Positions 7,451 through 15,521 of a DNA stretch of 15,612 nucleotides are shown here, in pieces (the stretch's first letter is position 1; every line of letters starts with the position of its first letter). Made by a program: the position numbers and the translations under genes. The stretch comes from a bacterium (lineage in GTDB: Bacteria > Zhuqueibacterota > Zhuqueibacteria > Oceanimicrobiales > Oceanimicrobiaceae). The stretch lies in the NCBI GenBank assembly GCA_046757165.1, contig JBHHXT010000108.1:1-15612 (forward strand). Reading direction: 5' to 3'. The notes under the pieces are model-generated. The model had not been told where the DNA came from. It made no database searches and worked only from the letters and a program-made list of their open reading frames with translations.

Positions 7451-8287
7451 CTATCTATCCTCCAAGACCACGTACTGGCGCATCAAATTCATGTACTGGT
7501 CAGCTTCCTTCTCCTTGCCCCGTTTCCGAAATCCTTGCTGCAGGATACGACACTTCTTGTTGAGCTCTTCCAGGACCAATCGTTTTGTTTTGTAAGTGAG
7601 ACGCGGATTGTCCAAGAGCTCGAGTAATGCCTGCACCCGGTAGCGGTCGAGCCCCCAGTTTGCCGACAGTTGGTCGGGGCGGCCTCCTTGTTTGATGATC
7701 AGCTTTAGTGGAAGGAAATGAAACTCGTAGTGCAAAGCTGCCCGCAGCCACAAGTCGTAATCCTCGCAGGCCGGCAACTGTTCATCGAACAGACCCACCT
7801 TCTCAAAAAAATCCCGCCGCATCAAAACCGAAGACGGGCTGACGATGCACAAGGGCAGGCATTTCTCGAAAATCCAGCCACTGGCCTTCTCGTGCTTCTT
7901 TTTAGGATTGACCCGCGCACCAGAGCGGATCCAGATTTCATCGGTGTAGCAGACGACCGCCTCCGGGTGCGCCCTCATGAACGCGATCTGTGTTTGCAGC
8001 TTGTTCGTCTGCCACAAGTCGTCTGAATCCAGAAATGTGATGAATTCACCCCGGGCCACCGCAATGCCGCGATTGCGGGCAGCGGCAGGACCACTCTGTC
8101 TTTGGTAAAGGTAGCGCACCCGGTCCCCTAACCCGGCCGCGTACTCGCGTGTGCCATCATCTGAGCCATCGTCAACCAGAATCAGCTCAAAGTCCTGGTA
8201 CGTTTGCGCCAATACAGAGGCCACCGCTTCTTTCAAAAACGGCAGGCGGTTGAACGTTGGGATAATGACGCTCGTTTCACTCATCAT
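7451..8287 (-). CDS. Glycosyltransferase family 2
   Basis: SVIIPTFNR, LVDDGSDD, GPAAARNRG, FLDSDDLW, CEDYDLWLR. Confidence 0.93.
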   Translation of the reverse strand: MMSETSVIIPTFNRLPFLKEAVASVLAQTYQDFELILVDDGSDDGTREYAAGLGDRVRYLYQRQSGPAAARNRGIAVARGEFITFLDSDDLWQTNKLQTQIAFMRAHPEAVVCYTDEIWIRSGARVNPKKKHEKASGWIFEKCLPLCIVSPSSVLMRRDFFEKVGLFDEQLPACEDYDLWLRAALHYEFHFLPLKLIIKQGGRPDQLSANWGLDRYRVQALLELLDNPRLTYKTKRLVLEELNKKCRILQQGFRKRGKEKEADQYMNLMRQYVVLEDR

Positions 8288-8461
8288 GACCTCATGACAA
8301 AGGACTGCTGGAATCCTGGCTCCTGGTTTTGGTCAATTCATGCAGCGAAGGACGCCCCCCAATTGGGGCTTGATTTGGTCAAGTCTAATTTGCATATTCT
8401 TAAGCCGGACAAGCCGCAAATGCAAAAATCAAAAAGCAAAATTGAACATGACAACCCAAGC

Positions 8462-8580
8462 AGTGTCGGAAACCGCTTCGCTTGACTCCGACACTCTCCA
8501 ACAATTTTATCGATATTGGGTCCACACGGATCAAAAAACCACACGGAAAATTTTGGTCAAAAAATCCGTGTGGGTTTTTT
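8462..8580. repeat. Two intergenic palindromes (REP-like; the second may act as a terminator)
   Basis: agtgtcgga (8462-8470)/tccgacact (8487-8495). aaaaaaccacacgga (8533-8547)/tccgtgtgggtttttt (8565-8580). Confidence 0.6.
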
Positions 8581-8595
8581 ATCCGCCTGGAATAT

Positions 8596-8621
8596 TCGTG
8601 GTTCATGACTTTTCCAGGTTA
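8596..8621 (+). repeat. 26-bp direct repeat, copy 1 (possible IS end)
   Basis: tcgtggttcatgacttttccaggtta matches 14454-14479 at 24/26 positions and abuts the transposase fragment. Confidence 0.7.
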
Positions 8622-8629
8622 GCTCAAAT

Positions 8630-8901
8630 GTAATTTTCTTTCGCATTGAGTTTGGCCAGCGCTTTCAGTCATTGTCGCACTTGTAAATGGTGCAGAGTGC
8701 TTGCTGTTTCCAGCGATACAGGGCGTGTGTGCGCTGGGGGCACCAGTATTTGGTTTTAGGCTTTCTGCGCCCCAAGCGGTCCGGCGCCTGTGAGAGGCGA
8801 GCGCAGACTTTGCAGCGAAGTTGAGTTCTGAGCTTGCCATCGTTGAAATAGAGAAACTGGACCGGAGCATCACAATGAGGACACCTCATGCCGTCCGGTA
8901 C
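8630..8901 (-). pseudogene. Transposase N-terminal zinc-finger fragment (DDE-type)
   Basis: VPDGMRCPHCDAPVQFLYFNDGKLRTQLRCKVC...YWCPQRTHALYRWK...IYKCDND*, continuing in a shifted frame as LKALAKLNAKE. This resembles the double zinc-finger N-terminus of DDE transposases (from recall, not searched). No catalytic domain is present. Confidence 0.55.
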
Positions 8902-8993
8902 CTACCATGAATCACCGATGCTTTGCGCGGGCGGGATTTGAGCGGGCGCGCCTTTTCACACGCTGCTTGCCCACCCGCACCGGCGGGTCTGGC

Positions 8994-9257
8994 TTAACAC
9001 GGGGCATCAGTGGTTGAAACCGGGAATGCCCGTCGAATCTGCCGTACTGCCTGCCTGAGCCGTTCTTCATTCTCGACCAATGCGATTCGCAAATGACCCT
9101 CCCCATCCTCCCCAAAGCCACGACCCGGCGCAACAGCCACTTCGGCTTTCTCAAGACATTGAACCGCAAACTCGAGAGAACCCGCTCCACAATAGGGCTC
9201 GGGAATTCTCGCCCAGACGAACATCGTGGCCCTCGGTTTGTCAACCTGCCAGCCAGC
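8994..9257 (-). pseudogene. Class I/II PLP aminotransferase (AlaC/LL-DAP-like), C-terminal fragment
   Basis: [19 protein letters not shown]...[33 protein letters not shown]. In-frame stop immediately upstream (9258-9260). The PLP-lysine region is missing. Confidence 0.85.
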
Positions 9258-9269
9258 TCACGTCGTAGA

Positions 9270-9480
9270 TTGAGAATACCGAGTCTAAGCGCCGTCAACG
9301 ACTGATTTACGTCATAGATAAACATAATGAGCGATCCCATCAAGCAACCGATAGAGATGATGAACAATAAAGCGATGAGCCATGCTACTTCAATTTGCCA
9401 CAGCTTCGAGACAAATAGGGCAATTATGAGGGTAGACGAAAGCAATGCGCTCACCGTCGACAGTATGATCGCTATTCTGA
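9270..9480 (-). pseudogene. DUF2721-like membrane protein, C-terminal fragment
   Basis: RIAIILSTVSALLSSTLIIALF...LLFIISIGCLMGSLIMFIYDVNQSLTAL: two hydrophobic helices plus the F..DV..S motif. The N-terminus and native stop are missing. Confidence 0.6.
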
Positions 9481-9523
9481 AACATGTCCAAGGCGATTTG
9501 TCATTGTCAGAAGGAGTAGACAT

Positions 9524-10495
9524 TCAATCCATAGTTATTACGACTTTTCCTTTGTGGTCTCCCTCACCAAAACGCCGGAATGCTTTAGGAACCTCACCTA
9601 ACTTGTAGGGTCCATCTATCACGGGTACGACTTTGCCGGCTTCGAAGAGTTCGTTCATATAGGCTAAATCTATGTTTGGTTTCAGGGCAACGATACGGAT
9701 GTTCTTTTTGCTGACCATCGAAATCCACGGCCCCAGGATTAAAGCCTGGAAAATTCGAGCCAGGGAACCCCCGACTGTGACATAAGTTCCATTGGGACTT
9801 AATGCGCGCGCGTAATCGAATATCGAACGATTCGTCTTAACATCGAGAATCAGGTCATAACACTGCCCGGTTTTGGTGAAATCTTCTCGGGTGTAATCGA
9901 TGACCTGGTCGGCACCCATTGTGCGCAGCATGTCCAACTTCTCAGAGCTGTCAACCCCGGTCACCTCAACCCCGTATAATTTCGCAATCTGCAGGGCAAA
10001 AGTACCGACCCCCCCGCCCGCACCATTGATCAAAAGCTTTTGTCCTGGTTGAATTTGTCCTGTATCGCGAAGGCCCTGCAGAGCCAGCATTCCTGCTTGA
10101 GGTATCGCCGCTGCTTCAGCGAATGTCATGCTGGTTGGTTTCAGTGCTAATGCATTTTCACGCGCACAGACATACTCTGCGAAACCGCCCCAGTCGCCGC
10201 TAAGGTCCCCGTACACTTCATCACCTGGCCGAAACTTCTCTACGTTTTGGCCAACGGCTTCAATCCGCCCCGCTATGTCAGATCCGAGTATCCTGTGTTT
10301 TGGTTTTAGAAGCCCGCCCCCCGCTACAAGGCGGCCTAGAAACGGCGTACCCTGGAGGAGGCCCCAATCCCAATCATTTATTGATGCCGCATGAACTTCT
10401 ACCAGGACTTCATCGTCTTTGGGAGTCGGTTCTTCTACCTCTTTCAATTCAAGAACATCAGGTGGACCGTATTTTGTGTATACAATCGCTGTCAT
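9524..10495 (-). CDS. NAD(P)-dependent MDR-family oxidoreductase (alcohol dehydrogenase/quinone reductase-like)
   Basis: AIVYTKYGPPDVL, LGSDIAG, GGFAEY, INGAGGGVG (Rossmann), GADQVIDYT, KGKVVI. The start could instead be 10504 or 10513. Confidence 0.9.
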   Translation of the reverse strand: MTAIVYTKYGPPDVLELKEVEEPTPKDDEVLVEVHAASINDWDWGLLQGTPFLGRLVAGGGLLKPKHRILGSDIAGRIEAVGQNVEKFRPGDEVYGDLSGDWGGFAEYVCARENALALKPTSMTFAEAAAIPQAGMLALQGLRDTGQIQPGQKLLINGAGGGVGTFALQIAKLYGVEVTGVDSSEKLDMLRTMGADQVIDYTREDFTKTGQCYDLILDVKTNRSIFDYARALSPNGTYVTVGGSLARIFQALILGPWISMVSKKNIRIVALKPNIDLAYMNELFEAGKVVPVIDGPYKLGEVPKAFRRFGEGDHKGKVVITMD

Positions 10496-10693
10496 GGGTT
10501 CCATCGAACACAAATTCGTCTTCCTCTCGTATTACAAAATGCTCAGTGGCGAAGACCGACAGGGCACCTGAGCTGCGAATGCAAAAAAGCTTTGAGTGGT
10601 CGCTCGACTGGGACACGCTCATGCGTTCTCCTCAAGTTAAGACAACTTAAACAATCGCACGGTAAATGCAACAGTTATCTTACTTTAACTGAA

Positions 10694-10804
10694 TGTCCCC
10701 CATTCTTGGGGAGACAATTCGATCCAACATCCCGCCTTTGCGGGACAACCGTGTTTTACGCACAAATCAGGGAGGCAGGTTCAGACTCGTTCAGAGTCTG
10801 AACC
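10694..10804. repeat. Cluster of three short palindromes
   Basis: tgtcccccattcttggggagaca (10694-10716), tcccgc-cttt-gcggga (10730-10745), and the perfect 11-bp stem ggttcagactc/gagtctgaacc (10778-10804). Confidence 0.65.
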
Positions 10805-11361
10805 AGGGGTGGGTCAACGCTAGCCTCGCTGCCGGTGTCAGCTCCCGACACCCATTCTGGCGCCATCAGGGCGGGGGGTGGCAGATTCGGGGGCTTTCCG
10901 AAAGATTCACTTGTACAGAAACTCGAGAGTTTCGGTAACTTTTCGTCTGTCAGGAGGATTGAGGTCGGCGACAGACTACAAGGAGTCATCCCCTGATCCC
11001 GGGCGTGCTGGAGCGCCGAACCAACAGCGCGTGCAATTCGCGCCACTTCGACCTCCGGAAGGGGCTCTATTCGTAACCTATCAGCCAGGGTCCCCTCGAC
11101 GTACTCCAGGGCGCAGAAGAAGTTCCCATCGAACTCCCCGATGCCGAGGACGCGAATGATGTTGGGGTGATGGAGCCGGGCTGACGGCGCGTATAAGTCT
11201 CGCACGTGCCCTGCGAGCTCGAGGCGCCACACCTTGAGGGCAACTAGCTCCCCGCTGCTCAAGTGGCGGGCAAGGTAGACGGCACCTAGGTTGATGCCGA
11301 CAGGACGAACTGGCTCGTAGCCAGGAATTGGAGGTTGCTCGGGAAAACTCATGCCTACCAC
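10756..11361 (-). pseudogene. Hanks-type Ser/Thr kinase-like protein, catalytically degenerate and C-terminally truncated
   Basis: AAGGAG RBS then GTG. VYLA...VALK, HPNIIRV, LEYVEG and MAPE are retained, but HRDLKP reads PCSLSP and DFG reads SFC. Similarity ends near 10813, beside the palindrome. Confidence 0.75.
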
Positions 11362-11410
11362 GCGGCGCTCCTTAGAATGAGCTGATTGTTCCCGACCGAA
11401 GCACGAAACC

Positions 11411-11520
11411 GGCCGTCGCGAACGTCACCTGCGCGAAACGAAAAAGCACTGAACTTGCAAGATACCCACAACTCTGAAATCACGCACCATCTTTCGCGTC
11501 AGGTGGACGTATTGTTATAC
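11411..11520 (-). mobile_element. Integron attC-like recombination site with degenerate R' box
   Basis: Minus strand: GTATAAC (R'') AATAC GTCCACCT (L'') GACGCGAAA ... TTTCGCGC AGGTGAC (L') GTTCGC G|ACGGCC. Two unpaired bases sit at the canonical extrahelical positions. Confidence 0.7.
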
Positions 11521-11561
11521 CTCCGGCAATGCTTCCATTGCATGAGATTCTCACGAAACCG

Positions 11562-11633
11562 CTACCAGAGAATGTTCAGCCCGTGTTTTGTGTATTGTTG
11601 GACTTCCTTGTCTTTACTTATTAATGTTGAATC
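11562..11633 (-). pseudogene. PIN-domain (VapC-like) toxin, extreme C-terminal remnant
   Basis: TLISKDKEVQQYTKHGLNILW* resembles the VapC C-terminal pattern (L-I-S-x-D...Y...W*). The stop lies 41 bp upstream of the attC-like site. Confidence 0.55.
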
Positions 11634-11819
11634 TGAGCTGTTTTGCGGGGGGTGCCCAGGCGCTGTGTTTGCCTTGACGATGGTTGACGATGCTTGGGCC
11701 ATGTTGCACCAGTTTCCGGGACAAACCGCGCCTTTTGAGACGATTTTGGCTGTACTCCTCCCTTGCAAAAAAGAGCCCTTTTTCGCACATTGAGATAACC
11801 GATGCAAAGGAAAACGCGC

Positions 11820-13799
11820 TCACCTCATCAAAATCGCCTTGCGCATTTGCGTGAATTGCCCAGCCCTGATCCGGAAAAAATAAACACCGCTGGTCAGAGC
11901 CTTTGCTGTAAAAACCACTGAATGTTCGCCCGCCGGCAGGGCTTCATCCAGCAACCTTGCCACCTCCCTGCCGAGTACGTCAAACACCTTTAGCGTCACA
12001 TGCTCGCGTTGCGGCAAGGAAAAACGAATGGTGGTCCCGGGGTTGAACGGGTTGGGATAGTTTTGATGCAGAATAAATGTGGCAGGGGCGCCTTGTCGAT
12101 CTACGATGGCAGTCACCGTACTCAGTGAGACCTTGTGAGTTGTCGTCGCCAGGGAATCGCCGTTGACAAAAGGGGTCAGCCAGAGCAAGTAATCTCCAGC
12201 CGGTAAGTTCTGCGTATCCCACTCATGAAGAACGCCGCCAACAATGGCCCCGGTGTAATTGACCTCAGCGATCAACGTCCGGTTGGAGCTGTCGGGATTG
12301 GAGGAGGCTATCTTGAAGCTGGAAATGGTGTCGAGGTTCAGCGGTCCATGTGCGCTGCGCAATGTGCCGGTGATCGCCGCGATCGCGCTGTCGTCCCGTG
12401 TCAGCGCGGAATCGAGTGAACTTTCCACAAACAGAGCCGCATCATGGAGCACAGGTTCGTGGTCGAAGTCGACATTGGCATAGACCAATCTGGAGGTATG
12501 GTTGGCCACCACCGTCCCGCTGACCATCGACTCTTCTAAAACGACTTTGCTGGCACCGCGGGTTACCATGATGTCCGGGCCGGCGCCGATCCTTTTGATG
12601 ATGGACCTCTTTACACGGATTTCGCTGTTTTGAGCCGCGCCGAAAAAACCACCGGTGCCGTCGCACACGCTGTTTTCGACCGTCAGCGTGGCTTGGTCAA
12701 ATGTCAAAGCCTCTCCAAAAACGGAATTCCTGATAACGAATTGTGCGTTATCTTGCGGATAAAAATTCCAGGCCTTGACCACCGAATTATTCAGGTTGAA
12801 TGAACGGTCCGAGAGTGGCGCGGTGAAGGAGACATAAGATGAATCATTGACAAATCCTGAAACCGTGTCTTGCGAGACGCCGCGATACCGAAAGCCACAG
12901 GCGATCATTGTTGAATTGTTTACCGTGACATCCGAGGTTGCATCCGGCAGCAATGCCCAAAACACGACATTTGTATTTTGAACATCGATTGCGTAGTGGA
13001 TGCCGGAAACGCCGGGCAGGGCATCGGAAAAGCTGTAACTCGAAACATCGCTGGCGTTCGGAACCACAGAGTTGGGCGGCGGGAAAGTCAAGTTCGCCTG
13101 TGAGTTTGCAGCCAGCGTATGCCAGAGAATGAAGCCCGTAGAATTGCTGATGTCGACGTCAACGGAATCGCTGATGACAAACTCCATGCCGCCAGTGCAG
13201 TTGTCTACGAAAATCGCTGCATGGCCAGCGATGCCAAGCGTCATGGCGATGCCAGGCTGGGTGCGGTAGGTTGTGCTCAACTGGGTGAAACGCGATTGCC
13301 CGGCGAAATTGCCGCCGAGCTTGCCCCTCTGCAAATCGAAGGTGGCGTTGCTGATTCGAAACTCCGCAGAATCCGCGCCGATAAAGCGATACTGCCCGAC
13401 AAACGTCATAGGGATACTGACCGCAGCGCTGTCGATCTTCAAGGAGGCGTTCCCCAAATCAAAGATATCGCCGTGAAAGGTCAGATTGTCTTTGAGCGTG
13501 GCAAAAGCGTTTTCAAAAAAAATGCTGTTGCCGTTGACGACAAAATTGCTGTTCTCAACAGTCAGCGAACCCGAGTGCCTGACGATCAGCGCCTGGTTGG
13601 CCGTGAAATCGGCGTTGTCGATGATTAAGCGTCCGTTGTTCATGACCAGTACGGTATCATGTTGAACCGTAGTATTCGTGATAGTTACCACTTCATTTGG
13701 ATCGGAGAAACCGACCACAAGGTGCTGGGCTTGAATTTGCAAGGGTAGAAATCCTGCCAAACAGCAAAAGAGTGTTTTGAGCCATCCGAGTCTATGCAT
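11820..13799 (-). CDS. Secreted beta-strand-rich protein with T9SS/Por-type C-terminal sorting domain
   Basis: Signal-peptide-like N-terminus ending IQA-Q. Repetitive L-x-I/V-x-N-S segments suggest a beta-helix. Tail LHQNYPNPFNPGTTIRFSLP...KVFDVLGREV...SGVYF. Confidence 0.85.
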   Translation of the reverse strand: MHRLGWLKTLFCCLAGFLPLQIQAQHLVVGFSDPNEVVTITNTTVQHDTVLVMNNGRLIIDNADFTANQALIVRHSGSLTVENSNFVVNGNSIFFENAFATLKDNLTFHGDIFDLGNASLKIDSAAVSIPMTFVGQYRFIGADSAEFRISNATFDLQRGKLGGNFAGQSRFTQLSTTYRTQPGIAMTLGIAGHAAIFVDNCTGGMEFVISDSVDVDISNSTGFILWHTLAANSQANLTFPPPNSVVPNASDVSSYSFSDALPGVSGIHYAIDVQNTNVVFWALLPDATSDVTVNNSTMIACGFRYRGVSQDTVSGFVNDSSYVSFTAPLSDRSFNLNNSVVKAWNFYPQDNAQFVIRNSVFGEALTFDQATLTVENSVCDGTGGFFGAAQNSEIRVKRSIIKRIGAGPDIMVTRGASKVVLEESMVSGTVVANHTSRLVYANVDFDHEPVLHDAALFVESSLDSALTRDDSAIAAITGTLRSAHGPLNLDTISSFKIASSNPDSSNRTLIAEVNYTGAIVGGVLHEWDTQNLPAGDYLLWLTPFVNGDSLATTTHKVSLSTVTAIVDRQGAPATFILHQNYPNPFNPGTTIRFSLPQREHVTLKVFDVLGREVARLLDEALPAGEHSVVFTAKALTSGVYFFRIRAGQFTQMRKAILMR

Positions 13800-14345
13800 A
13801 AAGATATCCCGTTTCCAGCCAGTTACTGTTCTGTAGCAGAAAACAGATCATTTGGTTTTTCATGGTGTCGGATTTGACAAAATCCATGAGCAGATTCGCT
13901 ACCTTGATTCTGCCTTTGATCGATGGATGTGTGCTATCACGCGCGACATCGCCATCGAGAAAGGCTTTCACGTTCGTCTCCCTTCTTATTTCAAGGATAA
14001 GGCCATCTGGAATGGAATGAATTTCAAGAGACTCGTCCTTAAACAATTCGGAGATTCTTGCAGCCGACCAGGGCACCCCAAACGTCAACGAAGCAGGTGG
14101 CTCCTCCTCCCCATAAAATTGATCCCGCCTCTCCCAAACCACAAAAACGATTGAATCATCCTCGCGGGTGATTTCAAACAGAAAAAAGATGCTGTCGTTG
14201 CTCGTCTGCAATCTTTTGATGGCTTTAAGAGAACCACCCAAATGGTCCGTCATTTGTTGATAATAATGGAAAGTTGGATTGGGGATGAGTGTTCCATCTT
14301 GCTGCTCGGTCATCAAACGCATCTTGCCGAAAATAGGATGCCAGA
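13792..14345 (-). pseudogene. Hypothetical protein, probably a 5'-truncated C-terminal part of a larger (possibly glycoside-hydrolase-like) protein
   Basis: Open frame with protein-like composition (HPIFGKMRLM...PTFHYYQQM...VFVVWERRD). No convincing start or RBS, and the 5' end runs into the region of repeat copy 2. Confidence 0.4.
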
Positions 14346-14453
14346 ACTGGCAATCAGCGCCCTGCGGCACCACAGCACGAAGATCGCGAAGGAACTGCAC
14401 AAAGCACTTTCAATATCCCGACAAATTCTTTGTCCTTTTTTTCTTCGTGCACA

Positions 14454-14479
14454 TCGTGGTTCATGAATTGTCCAGGTTA
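14454..14479 (+). repeat. 26-bp direct repeat, copy 2
   Basis: tcgtggttcatgaattgtccaggtta, 24/26 identical to 8596-8621. Confidence 0.7.
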
Positions 14480-14499
14480 AGTCAGGGCAGATCTTGGAG

Positions 14500-14526
14500 A
14501 AAAAGGGGGGCTTTGTTTTGCCCCCC
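14500..14526 (-). terminator. Intrinsic terminator
   Basis: Minus strand GGGGGGC-AAAACAAA-GCCCCCC-TTTTT, 10 nt after the stop of the 57-aa gene. Confidence 0.8.
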
Positions 14527-14536
14527 AACTTTCTAC

Positions 14537-14710
14537 TTATTGCGTGGCGCTTTTGGGTTTTCGTCCTCTTCGCTTTTGCGGCACAATGGTTCTCCTCAGT
14601 GACACGAGTTGTTTTCGCTTTCCTTTCAATTCCTTGATCTGTGTGTCAATGCCTGTTATTTCGGTATCCAGGTCGTTTTGCAGTTCTTTGAGTTTATCCA
14701 AGACACTCAT
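14537..14710 (-). CDS. 57-aa coiled-coil protein with basic RRGRKPK tail, putative DNA-binding protein
   Basis: MSVLDKLKELQNDLDTEITGIDTQIKELKGKRKQLVSLRRTIVPQKRRGRKPKSATQ, with GAGAGG RBS, upstream TTGACA and downstream terminator. Confidence 0.72.
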   Translation of the reverse strand: MSVLDKLKELQNDLDTEITGIDTQIKELKGKRKQLVSLRRTIVPQKRRGRKPKSATQ

Positions 14711-14760
14711 AACTAAAATCCTCTCAGGTTGGTATTTGGGGAACGTATTTTGATGACGTG

Positions 14761-14789
14761 TAATTAAGAATAATGCAAACAAATGTCAA
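14761..14789 (-). promoter_or_regulatory. Putative sigma70 promoter of the 57-aa gene
   Basis: Perfect TTGACA (14789-14784), 17-nt spacer, then an imperfect AT-rich -10 (TAATTA). Confidence 0.5.
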
Positions 14790-14997
14790 GCGATATTCGC
14801 AATGATTTGTGCTTCTATTAAGTGAACGCTTCGTTGCAAAGAAAGCACGTCCCTGCTCCCAAAGGTAGCAGCAGAGGTTGTTTTGTTTTTTCCCAGAACA
14901 GATTGATTTTCTATGAAAACAATAAGTACGGGCTCTCAGCTAATTGTCGGCTTTCACTCCAAGTTCTAATTCTAGTCGAATTTTCAGGCATCTTCTC

Positions 14998-15138
14998 TTA
15001 TGTCCTGCTTGTCAACTTCAGCCCTGCCAAGTGTCTCCTTTCGGCCAGGAGCAGACTTTGCATCAGGTCCCTCTTGGCGACAAAGAAGTCCAGACTTGAA
15101 ACCATGTGTATCGTCACTTTGGATGTGTCTGTCATCAT
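14998..15138 (-). pseudogene. Dihydrofolate reductase family (RibD C-terminal-like) N-terminal stub
   Basis: Not in the ORF track. GGAAGG RBS, then MMTDTSKVTIHMVSSLDFFVAKRD, matching the K-V...SLDGFIA start of the family. Similarity is lost after about 15067, with a stop at 14998. Confidence 0.65.
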
Positions 15139-15221
15139 TTATGCCCTTCCTTGCGAACGTGCGAGCACATGTCCGACGTCAAGAATGAATGTACGAATCG
15201 AATTTTGAGAAGATGAATGAG

Positions 15222-15521
15222 TTAATTATTTATTTTTCGGATCGGTTTTCTTTCTTTGTAGTAAACATATGTGTCGCCAGACCATGATTTTCTCATGATT
15301 CCTTTTTCACCATTCGACTTCTTTGCTTCATACTGGGAGCCAGAAGAAAAAAAAGAATCATCTATGAGCTCAAAACTGGTTCCCCAAAAACTTGTTGTGT
15401 AAAGTTTGCCCCCTAAGAGTGATTCATGTAACTCACCGTGGTCGGTGTCACCCAATAACAAACCAGTTTGTATTAGATGCTTTTTCCCGTTTTTTTCTAC
15501 AATTTTGTAGGTCTCACTCAC
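15222..15521 (-). CDS. Hypothetical protein (99 aa)
   Basis: GGAGGTG RBS before GTG 15521 and an uninterrupted ORF in AT-rich DNA. No family recognised. Confidence 0.65.
   Translation of the reverse strand: MSETYKIVEKNGKKHLIQTGLLLGDTDHGELHESLLGGKLYTTSFWGTSFELIDDSFFSSGSQYEAKKSNGEKGIMRKSWSGDTYVYYKERKPIRKINN

Noticed and set aside
8912..9523. 203-aa ORF as an intact membrane protein
   Set aside because: Only the DUF2721-like part looks real. The remainder is out-of-frame read-through of the aminotransferase fragment.
10550..10625. Second attC site upstream of the MDR gene
   Set aside because: cgcagctcaggtg loosely recalls an attC right arm, but no R'' box, complementary arm or GTT could be found.
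11634..11660. IS terminal repeat at the PIN truncation (gggcaccccccgcaaaac)
   Set aside because: Only a loose resemblance, with no partner repeat or target duplication.
15160..15230. attC between the orphan ORF and the DHFR stub
   Set aside because: AATTAAC overlaps the stop codon, but there are no paired L boxes or stem.
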